From Chrysomallon squamiferum (lineage: Eukaryota > Animalia > Mollusca), in assembly GCA_012295275.1 (NCBI GenBank), contig CM022670.1:27838001-27902000 (forward strand): DNA of 64,000 nucleotides, written 5' to 3'. Shown piece by piece: positions 28,701 to 44,796 of this stretch. The first letter of the stretch is position 1, and every line of letters starts with the position of its first letter. Both the position numbers and the translations under genes were made by a program. The notes beneath the pieces were generated by a model. That model worked only from the letters and a program-made list of their open reading frames with translations, was not told the DNA's origin and ran no database searches.

Positions 28701-31700
28701 TGTCAACCTCAAAATAAAGCTGCCTAGAATGTCCATCTATGAATCCTTAAATTACGTGATTGTTATTAACAATTTATTTTACCCCTGTATTTATTATGTC
28801 CATATTATATTGTAGCAGACTTTGAGAACAAAGATATTTAATAGATTATGAACATGTTTATTAGAAACCCATAGTGATCCATAACCATTTATATCTGTCT
28901 TTTGACAAAATAAACCAAAGACTGTATTAAAGTATTGTCAACACTTTATTACATAGGTTACAGAAGCCAATTTTGAGCAAGTTTATATCTACAGAAATGT
29001 TTATATTGTGTTGATTCACAAATACCTGCTTGTTTTTTCAGCAAGTGTGTCTTGCATTCTCATTAGATGTTAGTTCTGTGGCTAAATTAAAAAACAACAT
29101 TACAACAGGTGCAAGTGTCTGATGAGCCAGAGACTTTATTATTTAAACAGATTTATCATATCACAATAGTAATCTGGTGGGAATGTTAATTTACTATGCA
29201 AATTATTAGCCAAAACAAGGTTCTGTTCTTACATTATGTGTTTTTTGTTTGTGTTTTGGGGAAAAGAAAAAAAAAGAATAAAATAACTTAATACAATAAC
29301 AATTATCTATGTTATTTGGTATATCTTTAAAACAAATTATTTAGGCCATTGGTAAACAATTGAATTCATTATTTTTTTTTTTTTTTAAATAATCCATCAT
29401 TCAAATACATTTATAATTCAACTATAGCAATTGTTTATGTTTTATTCTATTTTAGCATGGAAGCACTAAATGGCTTTGGTAAATTGTTCATGCAGTTGGT
29501 TTCTAAAATATGTATACGCTTCAAGTATCTAAAGCTGAATATAATTGGTTTCAAAAATACAAACAAGCATCATAAATAATTATGATTTGGTTATTTTGTT
29601 TGAAATATGAAGAGCTACATAAAGCCACTAAATAATTCATTTGATATTTGATTTTTCTCTTAGTATTGTTCAGATAGAATAGATTATTAGCAACTACACC
29701 TTTAAAATAGATTTACTGGATGACTGGAAATGTTTATTTTGTGTAATTTCTTAAATATGGTCTGGTCTTTAATTTTTTCCTGACCTATTCATTTGCATGT
29801 TTGTAGACAGCACTCTTAATTTAGACCTTTTAGTTGTTTTGTTGTATGTGATTGATATTGCATTTAACCATGTCCTGTGTATAGTGAATATAACAAATGG
29901 ACAGATTAGCTTTGCATAAGTTTATTTCATCCATATACACTTATTATTTTGTAATATATTTTTTCTACAAATTGGAAGGCTTCTTTTCAAACTTTGAGAC
30001 CCACCATGTAATACATGTGAGACATGTATCACAGCCTATAATTAACAGTGTTCCTCAGTTTGTTAACATTTGTTCCTTTCCTTTACTTTTCTTTTGTGCC
30101 ATTGTCAGAATGATCTGATTTACTAGCAACACTGGCATTCAACCAAAACTGGATGGTAAATGTGCAACAGTGAAGACAAGCATGCATGATACACCTCCCA
30201 GTGAGTCGATTCTGATGGATCATAACTCGAACAGGTGCAGATATTATTCAACTGTTTGAGGGGAAAAAAAAACAAAAAACATAACATTCTAACAGCAAGA
30301 ACAGAACTGCATGACCTTTTTTCATGAGCATCTGTGTAAAGATTTTAAAAAAATAACGTGCTTGCAGCAGCTACAATCAGACTTAACAAAAAACTGTGTT
30401 CTGAAATGCTATAGGTGTCAAAGGACATGCTAGAATCTGTTCTGTTATCCTCAACAAAATATTTGCTTCATTTCCATTTTAATATCTAGAGTTGATAATT
30501 GTAGGTGTATTTAGGTAAGAGCAAGTTTTTTTTTTTGGGGGATTATGATAACTTTGTTGACATTTAATTACTAATATATTTTTTGGTGGAGAGAAAAAAT
30601 TCAGGATCAAGGATCGAAAAACTTTAAAAAGTCACCATTTGATTAATAACACTAATATTTCAAACAACTGTGTGATCTTTAATATACTAGTTTACTTACA
30701 CAGATTTGAAGTATTGGTTAATTTGACAGGTAATTTGTTCCAAATAGTGGGCTTTCATTTTCAACTCCATCACTGTTTTTCATTTATCATTCACTGGCTG
30801 AATTGAAATAGCAGAGAGATGTGAAATAAGTTCGAGAGTAAGCAGAGAACTGGCCACGATGTAATGAACATCTACAGATGATATTCCCTTAATCCCATCC
30901 CAGGGGATGATTACTCACAGCCAGTCTGAAACAAAAAGGCTCTCTGGTTTTCAGCATTAAGGACAGAGCTGAGTGGTGGGTGGTCAGCTTTCATTTTATC
31001 ACAGTTTCATCAAGAAATGAAATAACAGTGTTCTAAAGTAGATAGAGATCTGCTTCATATATTTAACACATAAAAAATTCAGTTTGTTTGAAGATCAGAA
31101 GTCAGTATTGATGAGATCATTATAAGTGTTGTATTGTTACTGATGAAATAATAAAGGTACACTGCAAAATTTTTAGACTAAAGGATGATTAAGCCAGTAC
31201 AGGCATTTAAGAAAGGTATACTGCATTTAAAAAACATAATAATAATTTGACTTATCAGTGATATAAGCAAATAGAGAGGCTTAACAAAGGAATGTTGCTA
31301 GCAAATAGTGCTTTAAATGATGTAGACAAATAATGATTGCAGAAATAATGCAGATACACAACAGAATCTGAACACTGTGTGTATGTTAATTATACAGCTG
31401 TGAACATCTGATGTGCTAGTTAGTCTGCAGCAAACCATTGCTATAAATAAGTGTTGTGCATGAGAAAGGTGTATGTGTCTTTGCAGAGTAACATGTGCAT
31501 TTACACTCATTTCTGCTTCCATGGTTGAAGAATATCAGGATGGGGAATATAAAATTAATAATGCATCTTACACCTGTTTATTTATTAATACGTAATGTGT
31601 TTATGTATATCAGTTTCATGCAGATATTAGTTTTACCATTCTGTGGAAATTAAATTACATGAAATATTGAATTATGTTGTTGTAAGAGTGGGAAAACATG

Positions 31701-33043
31701 TATATAAATTTCTAAACTTCTTTTCATGCTCATTTGGTTTGACCATTCCACTTACTTTTGTTGGCCACAACTATTGGAAATGACAAATAACACATGGCCA
31801 AATAAAGAGAAAGAAAATTTAATTATTTATTACTACAGATGGACATGTTGAAGTCTACAGGGGACCAGCATCAGTGAATAGGTTAAAGTTGTTTGCATTA
31901 CTAAGCATTTCATTTTATGTGAAAATAATATCTCTATGTGTTCAGCTTATACTGTGACCTTCCATTTTGCTGTCCTTTCTTTATCATTTGCTTTGTCTCA
32001 AAGCAGAACCAAAGAAAAAACAAAACAATAATAAACATATTTCAAAAGTGAATTTTTTTCTTCAAAAACATACAATGAAAATTTAATAATAATCCCATGA
32101 AATCAGCAGCTTGTTAAGAGTTTGTTTTCATTTTTTTTTTTAAAACAAGTTTATATTCTTTTAAATAAAATTACTTGTCCAAGTAAATTTTTGTTTTGTT
32201 TTTAAAATCATATTAATTCCTGAAATAATCAGAAATAATGACTATGTTTTTATCAGTGCATTTGTTATTTTATGTTGAATTTCAGACAATTATTTAATAT
32301 TAAATAATTTAAACCATATTATTTTAGTTTACTTAATTAAATATTAAAAAGTGTATATTTATATAAAGATACTTGGCACACACATTTTTATGTAAAAACT
32401 TGGTCAGTATTTTTTTTCTCTTACTCTGAAATCTAATTATTATTCAGCATGTTATTTTACATGTTTTTTCAAACACTGAAGGAAAGGTTTATCAACTGTT
32501 TTGGCACTTTAAAGCAAAATAGATCCTTCAAATTTATCTCTTTGAGATAAGACTGTGCAGAGCTGGGCACATTCATAGATAACAAATCTTGGCCATTTGG
32601 CTACCTGCTTCCTTTTCTTTCTTCTAACCTAAATTTTATGTTTCTAAGATAACACTAGAAGCTAGCAGTTACCAGAATATAAGTGAAATCCTATAGCATT
32701 TGCTTTAAAGGACTTAATTTATTATGTTAATGGGTAAGAAGGAAATATCAATCAAATGGCTCAGATTTCTTACTTACAACTAAATTATTTCTTTGGATTT
32801 TATTTATAGTTTTTAATTTAGAAATTTAAAAAGAAAAGTTCCTTAATTTATCATTAATTACATTAATTAGTTCCCAAAGCCTATTGTCAGTGCTAAATAA
32901 ACTAATAATCTTTTCATTAAGAATTAGCAATTAATCTGTTACTGTGTAATCACCAGAAAAATGTTTATACTTTTGTTAAGTAAAGATTCAATAATGTTTG
33001 GCTTGGATAGAAATCTTGAGTCTGCCTTAGTGTTAGTATATAG

Positions 33044-33133
33044 TGTTAGATAATTAGAAGAAAGGGTATAATTGTTAGATAATTAGAAGAAAGGGTATAA
33101 TTGTTAGAAAATTAGAAGAAAGGGTATAATTGT
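33044..33133. repeat. 29-bp minisatellite (3 copies)
   Basis: tgttagataattagaagaaagggtataat three times, with one mismatch. Confidence 0.95.
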
Positions 33134-33150
33134 CAAACACATCTCTAATT

Positions 33151-33240
33151 ATCTCCAGATAGGAGCTGGTACTGGATTGGAACCAAGAACCTATGAATTC
33201 TAAAGCCCATATCCTAGCCATAATGCAAAATAGGCTGGTT
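33151..33240 (-). mobile_element. Decayed tRNA-derived SINE head
   Basis: On the minus strand, A-box-like TTGCATTATGG (33228-33218) and B-box-like GGTTCCAATCC (33184-33174), 33 nt apart. Confidence 0.4.
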
Positions 33241-33644
33241 AAAGATTATCAGTGACTTGAGTGACTGGGTGCAGTACTTCAGGAGTGTGGCTACATTCTT
33301 TGCCTACAGTTTATTTCAGTGTGTTGGTGATGTGAACCTGTTGGAATTGTTTGTAACAAGGTTCAAGAGTTCAGCTGTTTGTTTTACTCACAGACTCTCA
33401 ACAAGAGCATGACTCTTTACTAAAAAGATACACAAACATTCCTAGCAGGTACATGTAGCTGCATTTATGGTACTAATGGGCATCCTTGTTGTTAGTGCAG
33501 TCAGAAACAAGAAATTTACTTTGGTAGTCTGAAAAAAACCCAAAAAAAAAAAAAAAAAAAAAACCAACAACAAAATAATTAAAAATATGTAATGATACTT
33601 TCTTTACATGATGAATACATTTCATTATGAAGATCTTGGGCAGA

Positions 33645-33692
<48 letters not shown>

Positions 33693-35310
33693 GAATCATC
33701 AAAATTAGTTACAGACTCAGTTTTCTAATATTTAACTGATATTTTTTAAATATTATTATTATTATAAATTACTGAATATTTCTCTTGATCAGTATACTAG
33801 GACACTTCATTAATCATCAACTTCAACAGTTTCTTAATATTTTGTACAGTGGGAAGTAAAATGATCATACATTTTAGATGATGCAGTTTATTGTTTCATG
33901 TAGTACATAATTATCTCTATTATATTGTCTCACGACTAATTGAATTTATGTTTCTTTAATATTCAGTTCTGTAGTGTGTTTAGTTCATTGAACTTAATAG
34001 GCCTAGTAGTTAGGAATTATGTTTTGCTATTGAGAATTAATAGCTGTGGTGAATATAATAATCTTATTGTATTATGTGGGTGGAGTTGATCATCTGTTAA
34101 ATAAAACTGTATGCTGGCTTTACTCCATGCAACTGTTTGACCTAAAATAATAAACACTTTTCTGTGTCATTCAGTATAAAGTGAATAGATTTTGTACTGA
34201 AGAGAAATAAAATTTAAACTACAAAAGTTAAATTCAGAAAAATTTAGGAAATCTATGAAAATATTGCAAATGAAGATAAATATTGCTTCTATGATGTAAT
34301 TTTATTTATTTATTTTGTTTATTTTTTGTTTATTTATTTATTTATTTTTTATTTACTTTTTTTTTTTGTCTGTGGATTATTTATGGAAAATGGAAAAGAA
34401 AGAGTGTGAGATAGGAGTGTTTGTGTGGGAGTGGGCATTTGTTTGAGAATGTGGAAGTTCAACACACAAGCTGAAAATTAGCATAGTAAAACCATGAATG
34501 AAATGCTTAATAAAGCAGACTAAATAATGTAAGTTATTCATTAACATAACAAATGTAATGTGTTTCTTTTATAACAAATTTAATTTATAGAACAAATTTG
34601 ACTTATTAACTTATATAACAAATACAAGGTATCTTTTGGTTCCCTCTCAACTGATCAACCATGGTACTTAATTTTATTCATCTTTCTTTCTACCAGTCCA
34701 TGTAAGAGCTGTAAATTAAGCAAACATGAATTAAAACAGTTATTTGACTTTGTTTTCCTGAAATAATGTTCTGTTGTTTATTGGTTTTAAATGCAGAAAG
34801 CAGAATCCGTCTTTTACATCACACAAAGAAAATGCTTCTGACATATGTTAATACACTTGTTTGTTCCACACCAGTGCTTCTGCCCTCACAACATCTCTAT
34901 TAAACTACGCTGTGTTTTTCAAGGCTAAGAGGGGGGAGGAAAGTGTCTTAGATAAGCTGAACAAAATTGGAATATTCTTGCAGTAAATATTGCTGAAAGA
35001 AGAACCAAGTATTTTTATTTACAGGCTTGGAACACTACTGATATTTTGACTTTGGATGTCAAGAAAATCTAAATAAATTATTTATTTGTCTGTTATAAGC
35101 TTGTTAAAATTTGTTTTCACTTTCAGTTTTAAAACAAAAATTATTTTTATGTGTTTTCTTTCTTTCTAGTCTTCTGTTAATATTCAACTATAAAGTATGG
35201 AATTTTTTTTCACTTCACATTCACAATCTATGTGATAAAAATGAGAACAAATGCACATTCTGTTCAACATGCACATTATAAAATGTGGCATATCATAACT
35301 CGGTGACATT

Positions 35311-35500
35311 TAAATTATCAGGAATACTTTGACTTAAAGCAGACTAAATTGTCAGGAATACTTTGTCTTACATATTGTCAAAATTATCTGAAGTATTTTG
35401 TCTTGTATATAGTTAAAATGATCAGGAATACTTTGTTATACAGCGATAACATTATAAGGAATACTTTGTGATATATATGGCTGATGTTATAGTGAATACT
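35311..35500. repeat. Degenerate ~34-35-bp minisatellite (about 6 copies)
   Basis: Recurring aaattatcaggaatactttg core with progressive decay. Confidence 0.8.
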
Positions 35501-38500
35501 TTAACAGTGAGAAATGTTAGCTGCAAGTGAACAGTAGCCTGTAACCTATATGTACACAAAGCTTGTGCAGAAGACTTAAATGGTAAAACATCTGGGTTGC
35601 ATGTTTTCTGCAAACCTTTGACAACTGTGAGAACTTGCAGTGTCTGCTTCAACTTGGGTTATCCTTTGATAACCTTCTGTTGCTGATGCTTGCTGAATGT
35701 TGATAGGACAGATTACGTCCAATATCATTTACAGACAGGTGGTGGGGTAAATGGTACATAGATAAAAATTTAGACAGAATAAGATACTTGATAAAGTTTG
35801 GCTAAAATGAAATCCAAATTTTATTATTTGTTGGAATCATTATTTTGTTTTGTGTGTGTTGTGTGCACATTTGTGCATGCCTATATTTAAAATCTAGGAT
35901 AACAATTAAGAATTTTAAGCTAATTAAGACAAATGTAATAAATTAATAAAAACAAAACAAGGTTTCATAATTGTGAAAACTTTATTAACAGAGTATAATG
36001 GTTTATTGTATTCACTAAATTTTATTTATAATAGACATAATACAGTTTAGTTAATTTTGATAGGCTTTAAACACGGAAATGTATGTCCAGAGGTCAGAGC
36101 TATAAATTAATTTCCTCTGTAATATTGACTAATATGTTATTAATGAAAATAATATTTATATATGTATATCCTTTGTAACTGAAATTAGAAGCATATTAAA
36201 TTATTCAAATTGGCCAAAGGTATATTTCACAGGTATAAATTAGTTTGATATATTATAAATGTTTTAAATAATATCAATTCAGCACCCATTAAAACAGCAT
36301 TTGAAATCACATTTCATGTGATGCAGAACTGGTCAAAGGTTTGGTTTACATCATGGAGCCTATTTGGTAACATAATAACATTTTGGCATATAAACATCCT
36401 GCCCAACAGATTACACATGCTTAAGGATCTGATCTCTTTTGTGAAGGAAATCTCAGAAAACCACAACAAATAACTAGTTATAATAGTAGAGAGCTTTTCT
36501 GTATGAAAGCAGCTGTTCTGTGGGCTACCCAGTACTGCGTGTTTAATGCCATACAGAGGCTGGCAGGTTTGGGACATTTGGCCACATTAAATGTGATGGT
36601 ACCAGCTTGGTAAACCTGGTTTGTTGTTCATCTCTACACTTGTGTTAATAAAGAAAAGGTTAGGAAAATATTCTCTTGGGAACTTCAACCCATCACTTTT
36701 TAGGCCATTCCTGCCACAGGTGGCACTCTGTACCCATTTTGCTGCACTTTTTAATCAGTTTGACATGTACTGTATATTTAGGTTTTCTGTTTGTGGCAGG
36801 CTTATTTTTTTTTGATGAGATTTAGTTTGCAATTATGACAAAAGTAGTTATGAAAGTGATAATTAATTATAGTAAATCCTTTGCAAATTGAGTCATTTAT
36901 TAAAGATTTTATTTTTTTTTCCTTTTTAGTTTTATTTTTATTAATAAATGTAGGTCTGAGAAAATAACTCAAAAATGTAAATGAAAAATAATAGAAATTC
37001 AATAAAAATATAAATACAAGAAAATCAAAATCAAGACTGGCTCGGTAAATGGTTATTTACAGCATTCTTAACCAGATCTAATTGATTTTTATGACAAGGC
37101 AAAATACAGGACAGGTAGTTTGAATTTGATTACATTTGATTATTGAAATAATGATTTGTAACAGATTATTAAATATAAATAAATAAAGTGTGAAGAAAAT
37201 GGAGTGGAAAAAAATCCCTAATTATGATGGTTAATATTCCGAGTTCACAGAATATAAGATAAAAACTTTATTGTATGTAAATACTTCAAATGGAACAAGC
37301 AAAAAAAAAAAAAAAAAAAAAATAAAATTATTACTGTCTGTAAAGAAAATAATAAAGATTCTATTTCAGTTTATGTAGTAAAAAGTTCTCAGTATGTCCT
37401 TAGACTCTAAGAAAATGATTCAATCTTTCAGATGATCTGATGAATCATAGTGTTTTGGCACATTACAGAATCTTTAATTTTCCTCAATAGACTCATCTTG
37501 AGCTACTTCAATGTTGAGGATGTACCTGGTTTGTGTAATGAGGTACAGAGTACTGTCATCACTAATCATCACAACTGTGAGTGCTGGTACTGAAACCAAG
37601 CAAGACAGCCATGTGTAGTTCTTCTCTTGGCCTAATTGGCTCCTTATGTTGGATGCTTGAGGATATATTATTATGATAATTACATGTATTTAGTAAACAT
37701 AATCTTTAATTTGCCCTATTTTTTATTTTTATTTTTTTTAAAGAAGGAAAAGAAGCTTTCTAGACTTTTAAAAGAAAATATGCATGCTGTACAAGTGGAT
37801 AATGTTTTTGTTGTGATGTCTGTCTCTGTCTGTCAGTCTTTCTGTCTATCTTTCTGTCTTTCACTCTCTCTCCCTTTTCCTCTGATTTGTGTATGTTATG
37901 AACTTTACACATACACATTTTTATTACATCAAAAACAACTTCCATTTTCCATAAACAAAAATTATCCCACCAAATTTAGTTTTTCATGGATGCCTTGTAC
38001 AGAAACATGACTGTCAACACATCTACAAAGAAGAAAAATTAAAAATATTACAAGAATAGTAATTCAGTATCATGTGTCAGAAAAGTAACACAGGTTTTTA
38101 AAAAAAATCTTCCAGATGTACAGACAGACATGCATTTTGCATCAGGGTTAACAGAACTGTACCACCTAGTGAGAAACTTCCTTTATGATTGACACCAGAA
38201 ATATTGTCTGACAGAAAATGTTTGTCGTATTTACTTTTCTTTACATAACTGGCATTTTTCTATAATGGCTTCAGTGTGTGAAGAAGGACTGCCTATATAT
38301 TGGCAATAATAATTCATAGCTTAGCTGAAACAGATATATGTTTATGAGTATCAGGATTTTAGAAAATACTATTGTCAATTTTAATTAAAAATGTTAGAGG
38401 TTTTTTATACCACATGAACTTTATTAATATTAGTTTTTACTTTTGTTTGGTTTGGATTTATTTATTTATCATGTTATATTTTTAGTTTATTATTATTATT

Positions 38501-38551
38501 ATTTTATTTTAATTTATTTTTAATAATTTAAAAATAACCAGGTTGGGGGAT

Positions 38552-38553
<2 letters not shown>

Positions 38554-38613
<60 letters not shown>
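38554..38613. repeat. (AAT)n microsatellite
   Basis: Perfect AAT run. Confidence 0.95.
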
Positions 38614-39383
38614 TAATTGTTATAATCATTGCATATTTGCCATAATTTATGTACTCAAAAATAACACTTTTTTTTAACACTGTCTATGTGGGTGTTTCAC
38701 TAAAATCTGAAACTTAACATTGCTTTGTCATATTTCACATAACTGTGTTGGCCATATGTTCTCAAATTTGTTAGACTGAAGTTTCTTAAAACAGCTGTTT
38801 ATTTTCAAAATGTCTTTTTTCCCACCTTCTCATCCTCCTTCTTTTAAACACACTTTTCTTTGTCTTTTTTTTATTTTTTTTATTTCGACTTGGTTATTTA
38901 CCATAGATGCCTCCCAAATAAGTCGAAGCTTCCTGTGAGTTATGTTACAAAGAGTGGAGAGATTTACTTGTTGTTGTGTTGATAGACAACTATTGATGTT
39001 ACGCTGTGTTTCTCATCCAGTTTTACTGGCTTCCTTATCTAGTTTCACCAACGTACAACTTGCTTTCATTGGGCTTTTATGTCTTCACCTGACATTCTCT
39101 TAAACTGTTCACTGACTGAAATTTCCAGCACTGTAAATCAGACTTTTTCTTTATTTCAACAGTTTATTAGGGTTTTTTGAGGCTGAAAATGTTTGTTCTT
39201 TTTTTCATTATTATTTTAATGCTCTGTTTTTATCTATCTGTTTATCTATATTTATGTATAGGGTTTATATATTATAAAAGTATAACTCACATCAGATAAA
39301 AACATTTGTTCTCTTTTATTTATTATTCCTTTCTTTTCCTTCTTTCTTTTTTCTTTCTTTTTTTTTTTTTTTTTTCTATTCTA

Positions 39384-39418
<35 letters not shown>

Positions 39419-42400
39419 TTTTTATTTACTGCTCACAAAACATTTTACATAATGTTAATTTCAAATCGGTTGTTCCTAGTGAAGGAAATCAAATCTTAAC
39501 TTTCTTTTTTTCTTTTTATATTTAGACTGGAATTCTCCAACTTTCACTTTGATGGAATGTTACTTCTATGCATGGCATTATTTTTAGTATCCATCTTATC
39601 CAGATATGTTGTTTATGTGATGGAAGTGATAGATATAATGAATGTGGAAATGTTCCACATCTCTGAACATTGTCACAAAGTGAGAACACCCAGTGTCTGG
39701 TAGCTATCCAAACATGCTTTGATGTGGTGTGGTTACAGTTTTGTAGAGAATATTGCCTACAATTTGGCTATCCACTGGCGCCAATTATTTCAGCGCCTCA
39801 AACTTTTATCTTGAGTGATCTGATTTACTGTAAAACAGTTGTAGTATATATTTTTTTCTTCTTTGTGTTTGCTCACGTATGTGATACAGTGCCATTTGAT
39901 TACATGCATCTTCAGTCTTTTGGACTTTATCCAGGTTATAAGCTCTAAGTAAAATGATGTAATCAGAAACATTTCTGCATAAACCTTCCTGATGCAAGGT
40001 GAAGCATTCTGTTGCTCAGATTTTATAAACAGAATACTAATCATAATCATAATTATAATCATAATCAGTCATAATTATGATGATGATGACAATGATAATA
40101 AAATATAATTTAATTGATTTTTTTATATATTTTTTTTATTTTATTTGTTCATAGATATAAACAACAGGTATATTTAATAGTTATAAAAAGATGGTGATTA
40201 CAACTAAGTTGTATAATAATAATTTCATTTCTTCTGAATTTCTGTTACTAGCTAAAATATCTTAAATACATTTAGTTTGGATTCTTTTTATCTTCTTGTA
40301 TTTTCTGGAAAAGGTAAACTGCTGTAATTTTTAAAAAAGATTTTTAAATGAACTGTGAATAACATGTATATTTAACTGTTAGCTGTGTGATATAGTTAGG
40401 AGAAGAAACAACATGTTTATTTTATCTCCCATGTAACATTTCATTACCATGGAAGTGAAATTTGATTTAGTCGAAGAAACATATCTTTTCAGATCATGCC
40501 AACTGTATATGAGGCAAAATTGTATCTCTTCTGCAGATGTCAAAAATAATTTTATATCATTCCCTAGCAGACACAAAAAGCTGATAAACTTTCAGAAATT
40601 ATAGCAATAATTTTCAGAACAAATTTGCAGATAAGTTCTAAATCTTAGAAACTTCATTTTATCAGTAGACAAACTGGAACCCTTTAATATACATGTCTGA
40701 AACTTTGTTCTGCCATTTATGTTACTTTGTTCAGATATGTTTGTTTAGTTTTTATCACTGTTGTGAGCTGTTAAGTAAGAAAAACAATCTTATTAATACC
40801 CATCCTATCCCAGAATTTACTGTGAAAGATGTTTCAAATAAGAATCTATGGAATAGGGTCATGACATTCACTTAGAAATATAATGTAATACTGACATAAT
40901 TTTATGTTTTTAACTTTGGTTTAGTGAAGTTTTTATTTTGCCTTTGGCTTTCTTCTTCAGCTGATGTTTAATCTCAAACTATGGATTCTTGTTAAGCTGG
41001 ATGATACCACATGATCTAAATGTTATTATTGTCTTGAAAGCCTGTGTTATTGAGTGACAGCATAGAAGAAAGGATATACAGTAATTCTTGTAATAATGGA
41101 AATCTTTATCATCAATACTGTATTGTCTTTTAAACACTTGCAAAATAAAACATTTATTAAAGTGTCCAGTTATCTCCTTGTTGCAATTAATTAAAAGCAA
41201 AGAGAGACAGAATATATGACAAGATATGTAGATAGTATACTTCCCTACATCAAATATTTGTCAAGTAAAGACTTGTTATTTGAATGGTTATCATTCCAGT
41301 GTCATATTAATTATAAAATAAAGAAAGGGATACAGAATATTTCTTAAGATATATGGACAGTTACCTTCACTATACAATCTGTCATATATGTGTAAGACAA
41401 AACTGAGGTGGGCTATCATATCTTGTGTCAGAATTAATTATAAAACAAATCATTGTAACTGTCAGTTTTTATCACCTGTTTCAAGCATCAGTGGAAAGGA
41501 CAATTAGATGTTGTATTTAAACTGGTTAAACGTTCTTTCATCTGTAATACCAGAATGATTGTGAATAATGGATACAAAGACCAGCAAATACCTTGGTACC
41601 CTTTAAGTATTGTCAATCTCAATAACCAGAAGACAAACCATGTCTTTGAAGTGGGTGTGAGAATATAATGTGTAAAAGCTTGGAAACAGTTGCACATGTT
41701 TCCTTTGTAAAGTATATCAGACAAAAAATAATTTTGGTTCGGCCTGATTTCATCTTAGTATGGGTGTATAGATGTGCATATGATATACTATGGCTAAATT
41801 GTTGTTTTTCTGGGGGGGTTTAGAAATAGGATACTTCATAAGTAAGATTTAATTAGAGGAAATAAAATTACAAATAAAAACTATTTTTTTAAATTTACTG
41901 TTTTATGAAGCACAGCTTATCATGTAAACCAGCTTATGATGTATGAAGTTCAAAGGAAAATAGAAATGAAAAATCCATTAGGATTGATAGAATACTGATC
42001 TATCAATACTAGCTTAACACACCAGAGCTATTATTAACCAAATGCTTTAAAATATTCACCATTGTAGTTTTGGTTAATGGATTTGTTTGACATTTTCCTG
42101 CATGTTTTTCCTATCTGGGTATATTTATATTTACTGTTACGAGAGAAATCAGATTTCCATTAACATTTTTTTTTTTTTTTTTTTTGTACTATGTTGGACT
42201 GTTTTCCAGCCACAGAGTATGTGTGTTCTACTTGTTTATCTTCTAGAAAGTACTGTTAGCAAAAGGCGAAAAACAAATAATATGCTACTCTGATCCTTGT
42301 ATTTCAAAATGAGCTTTGATTTTTATTGGTTGCATTTATACCTTTTATTGTTCTGCACATCACAAATTTGGTATTGGTAACATAGAGCATGTTTTTTGTA

Positions 42401-43383
42401 TTTGACAAAATATCTGGCTATGCAGTACATGAAATTCTAAGCAAATTAATAGAAGAATTTGTTGAACTGTTTTTAGAACTAAACTGCATTTTTAAAAATA
42501 AAAATAGCTTGAATTATATTTCACTTAGTTTTTCTTTACCTTGTTAGTAATGAAAAAAATACTTTACCTTCTTAGGTTAAAAAAGGAAAGACAATTAGAG
42601 TGGATATAAAAAAATAATAATAATTACAGCAAAATGAATGAATGAATGAATAAATAAATAAAGCAAAAATAAAAACAAAATGTAGAAAAAAAGAGAGAAA
42701 AAAAGGGGATATCCACAAACCAGGATGATAACAGTTGAAGTCTAAGACAGGAATGAAATATCAGAGTTGAATTTATGGTGTTTTTTGTTGATGTTGTATG
42801 TACTGATAACTTTGTGGAAAGAAACACTTGACTTATCTCATTCTCAGCTCTGTAAATCAGAATTAATATCTAACAGGTTGAGATTGTGATAAACACTTTT
42901 AAAATTAGTGTCATTCTTTAACAGCTTCCTTCTGAAGACATTAGCAGATTTACACTGGGAGGTTCAGGTGCTATCCTTGAAAAATGTTTTCTTTCTGTAA
43001 CCATTAATAGCAGCCTGACACTGCAGCACTTTTTATCAGCTCTCTGATGTCTACTGGATGAGACAAGTGTAAACAAAATGAAGTACTGTTTTGTCAGAAG
43101 AAAATTGTTTTCTTAAGTAGAATGAACAAGTGGACAAACTAACAGTGCCAATAAAAAGATATAGTACTGTATGTGTGGCATGCTTCTCTCCACTTAGACA
43201 GTTTTGACTTTTATGAATGTTGTGTTTTCCTACTATGATTCTATTATGGCTGTAACATTATTTACTGTAAAAATAAACTATTTTCCCCACCCTAGCCATC
43301 CAGTGTATATTTATTTTCATTCAGATATTTTTTTTTCAACAAGCAGACAAACTAACCGTGCCAGTAAAATGATATAATACAGT

Positions 43384-43388
<5 letters not shown>

Positions 43389-43435
<47 letters not shown>
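43389..43435. repeat. (TG)n microsatellite
   Basis: Perfect TG run. Confidence 0.95.
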
Positions 43436-43438
<3 letters not shown>

Positions 43439-44764
43439 TGTTTGTGGTTGTGTGTTATACTTCTGGATTACAACTTGATTGGACTTGTCAGGTAAACCTC
43501 ATATTTTTCCAGTAACATTGTCCTTATCTTTGAAACAAAAATGTTCCCTGCTAAGGATCCTGACAAATAGAATATGAATATTATAAATGTTTATAATTAT
43601 TTTTAAATACTGGTCTGTATTTATACACCTATTTTGATGTACATAAAATCAGTTTAAGATACTTTTTATTTTAGTAGTATATGATTACACAGAAATATAT
43701 TTTGTGGATAAAAGAAATTATACAAAAATACACTTTCTACATTTACAAAGTTTTCTATATTAATGTCTGCAATATGGCTGGTATAGTTTATTTTAGTTGT
43801 GGATTGTGTTTCATCTGCTTGAGATAACCATACTAACTAATAATCCCATATTTCTTAGAATCATTGCATGTAGTTTTTTTTTGTCATCAAATAATAAAGA
43901 AACAAATAATAATAATGATTAACAGTTATGGATTAGTATATAATAGGATTATTGTTTGTTTTTATGTCCTTAATTTTATCATAACGTTTGATTTTATTCT
44001 GATACTTCAGTTCAGAATTTACATTTGTAATATTTAGTTGTTTTTGGAAACTCACTTTCAGTGTTTACTTATGTAATAAAAAATCTCTATGATAATGAAT
44101 TAATTTTTATCAAATTAAACTTAATGTTTAGATTAATTATCTTCTCATCAGTGACACACTGATTGTAATTAAAGTAATAATAATAAACATTTTCAACTTT
44201 AAATATTAAATTAAGAAAAACCTTTTTGTTTAGTACATGATAAAAGATATTCATCTTTTGCATGTTTGTATGTTGATGTGTTGATTTTTGTTTAGTATGT
44301 GTTTATTTTTAATAACATTATTTTTAAATTCAGGCACTAAGTTTGTAATGAAAAATAATTGTTTAATTTTTAATTTTTTTTTTTTTTTTTTTTTTTTTGA
44401 CCACATGAAAAGCAGCTGAGGAATGTTAACATTTTAGAATTATTTTCTGTAAAAATATATTAATGTTAAATATTGTATTTTTGTTGAATATGCTTTAACT
44501 ATTTTATTGTTTAAAAATATGGTTTATGGTGTCTTTGAATGTTTTTTGTGTGGTTCTGAAATTAAAAAAAGATTAAGTAAATTATCATTTTTTGTGTGTA
44601 TGTTTATTATTTCATTATTTGGACATGATTTATAATCAGAATAATATTTCTGTATTATTTTACTTTAATTACATGAATGTTAATTAAGTAAATAAACTCA
44701 GAAATGCATGTATATTGTACTGACTAATTTGACATTGTTTCATTTTTGTCTGGTAATGTTTCCA

Positions 44765-44796
<32 letters not shown>

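Noticed and set aside
33044-35500. Tandem repeats considered as a CRISPR-like array
   Set aside because: No unique spacers, eukaryotic intron context, no cas genes
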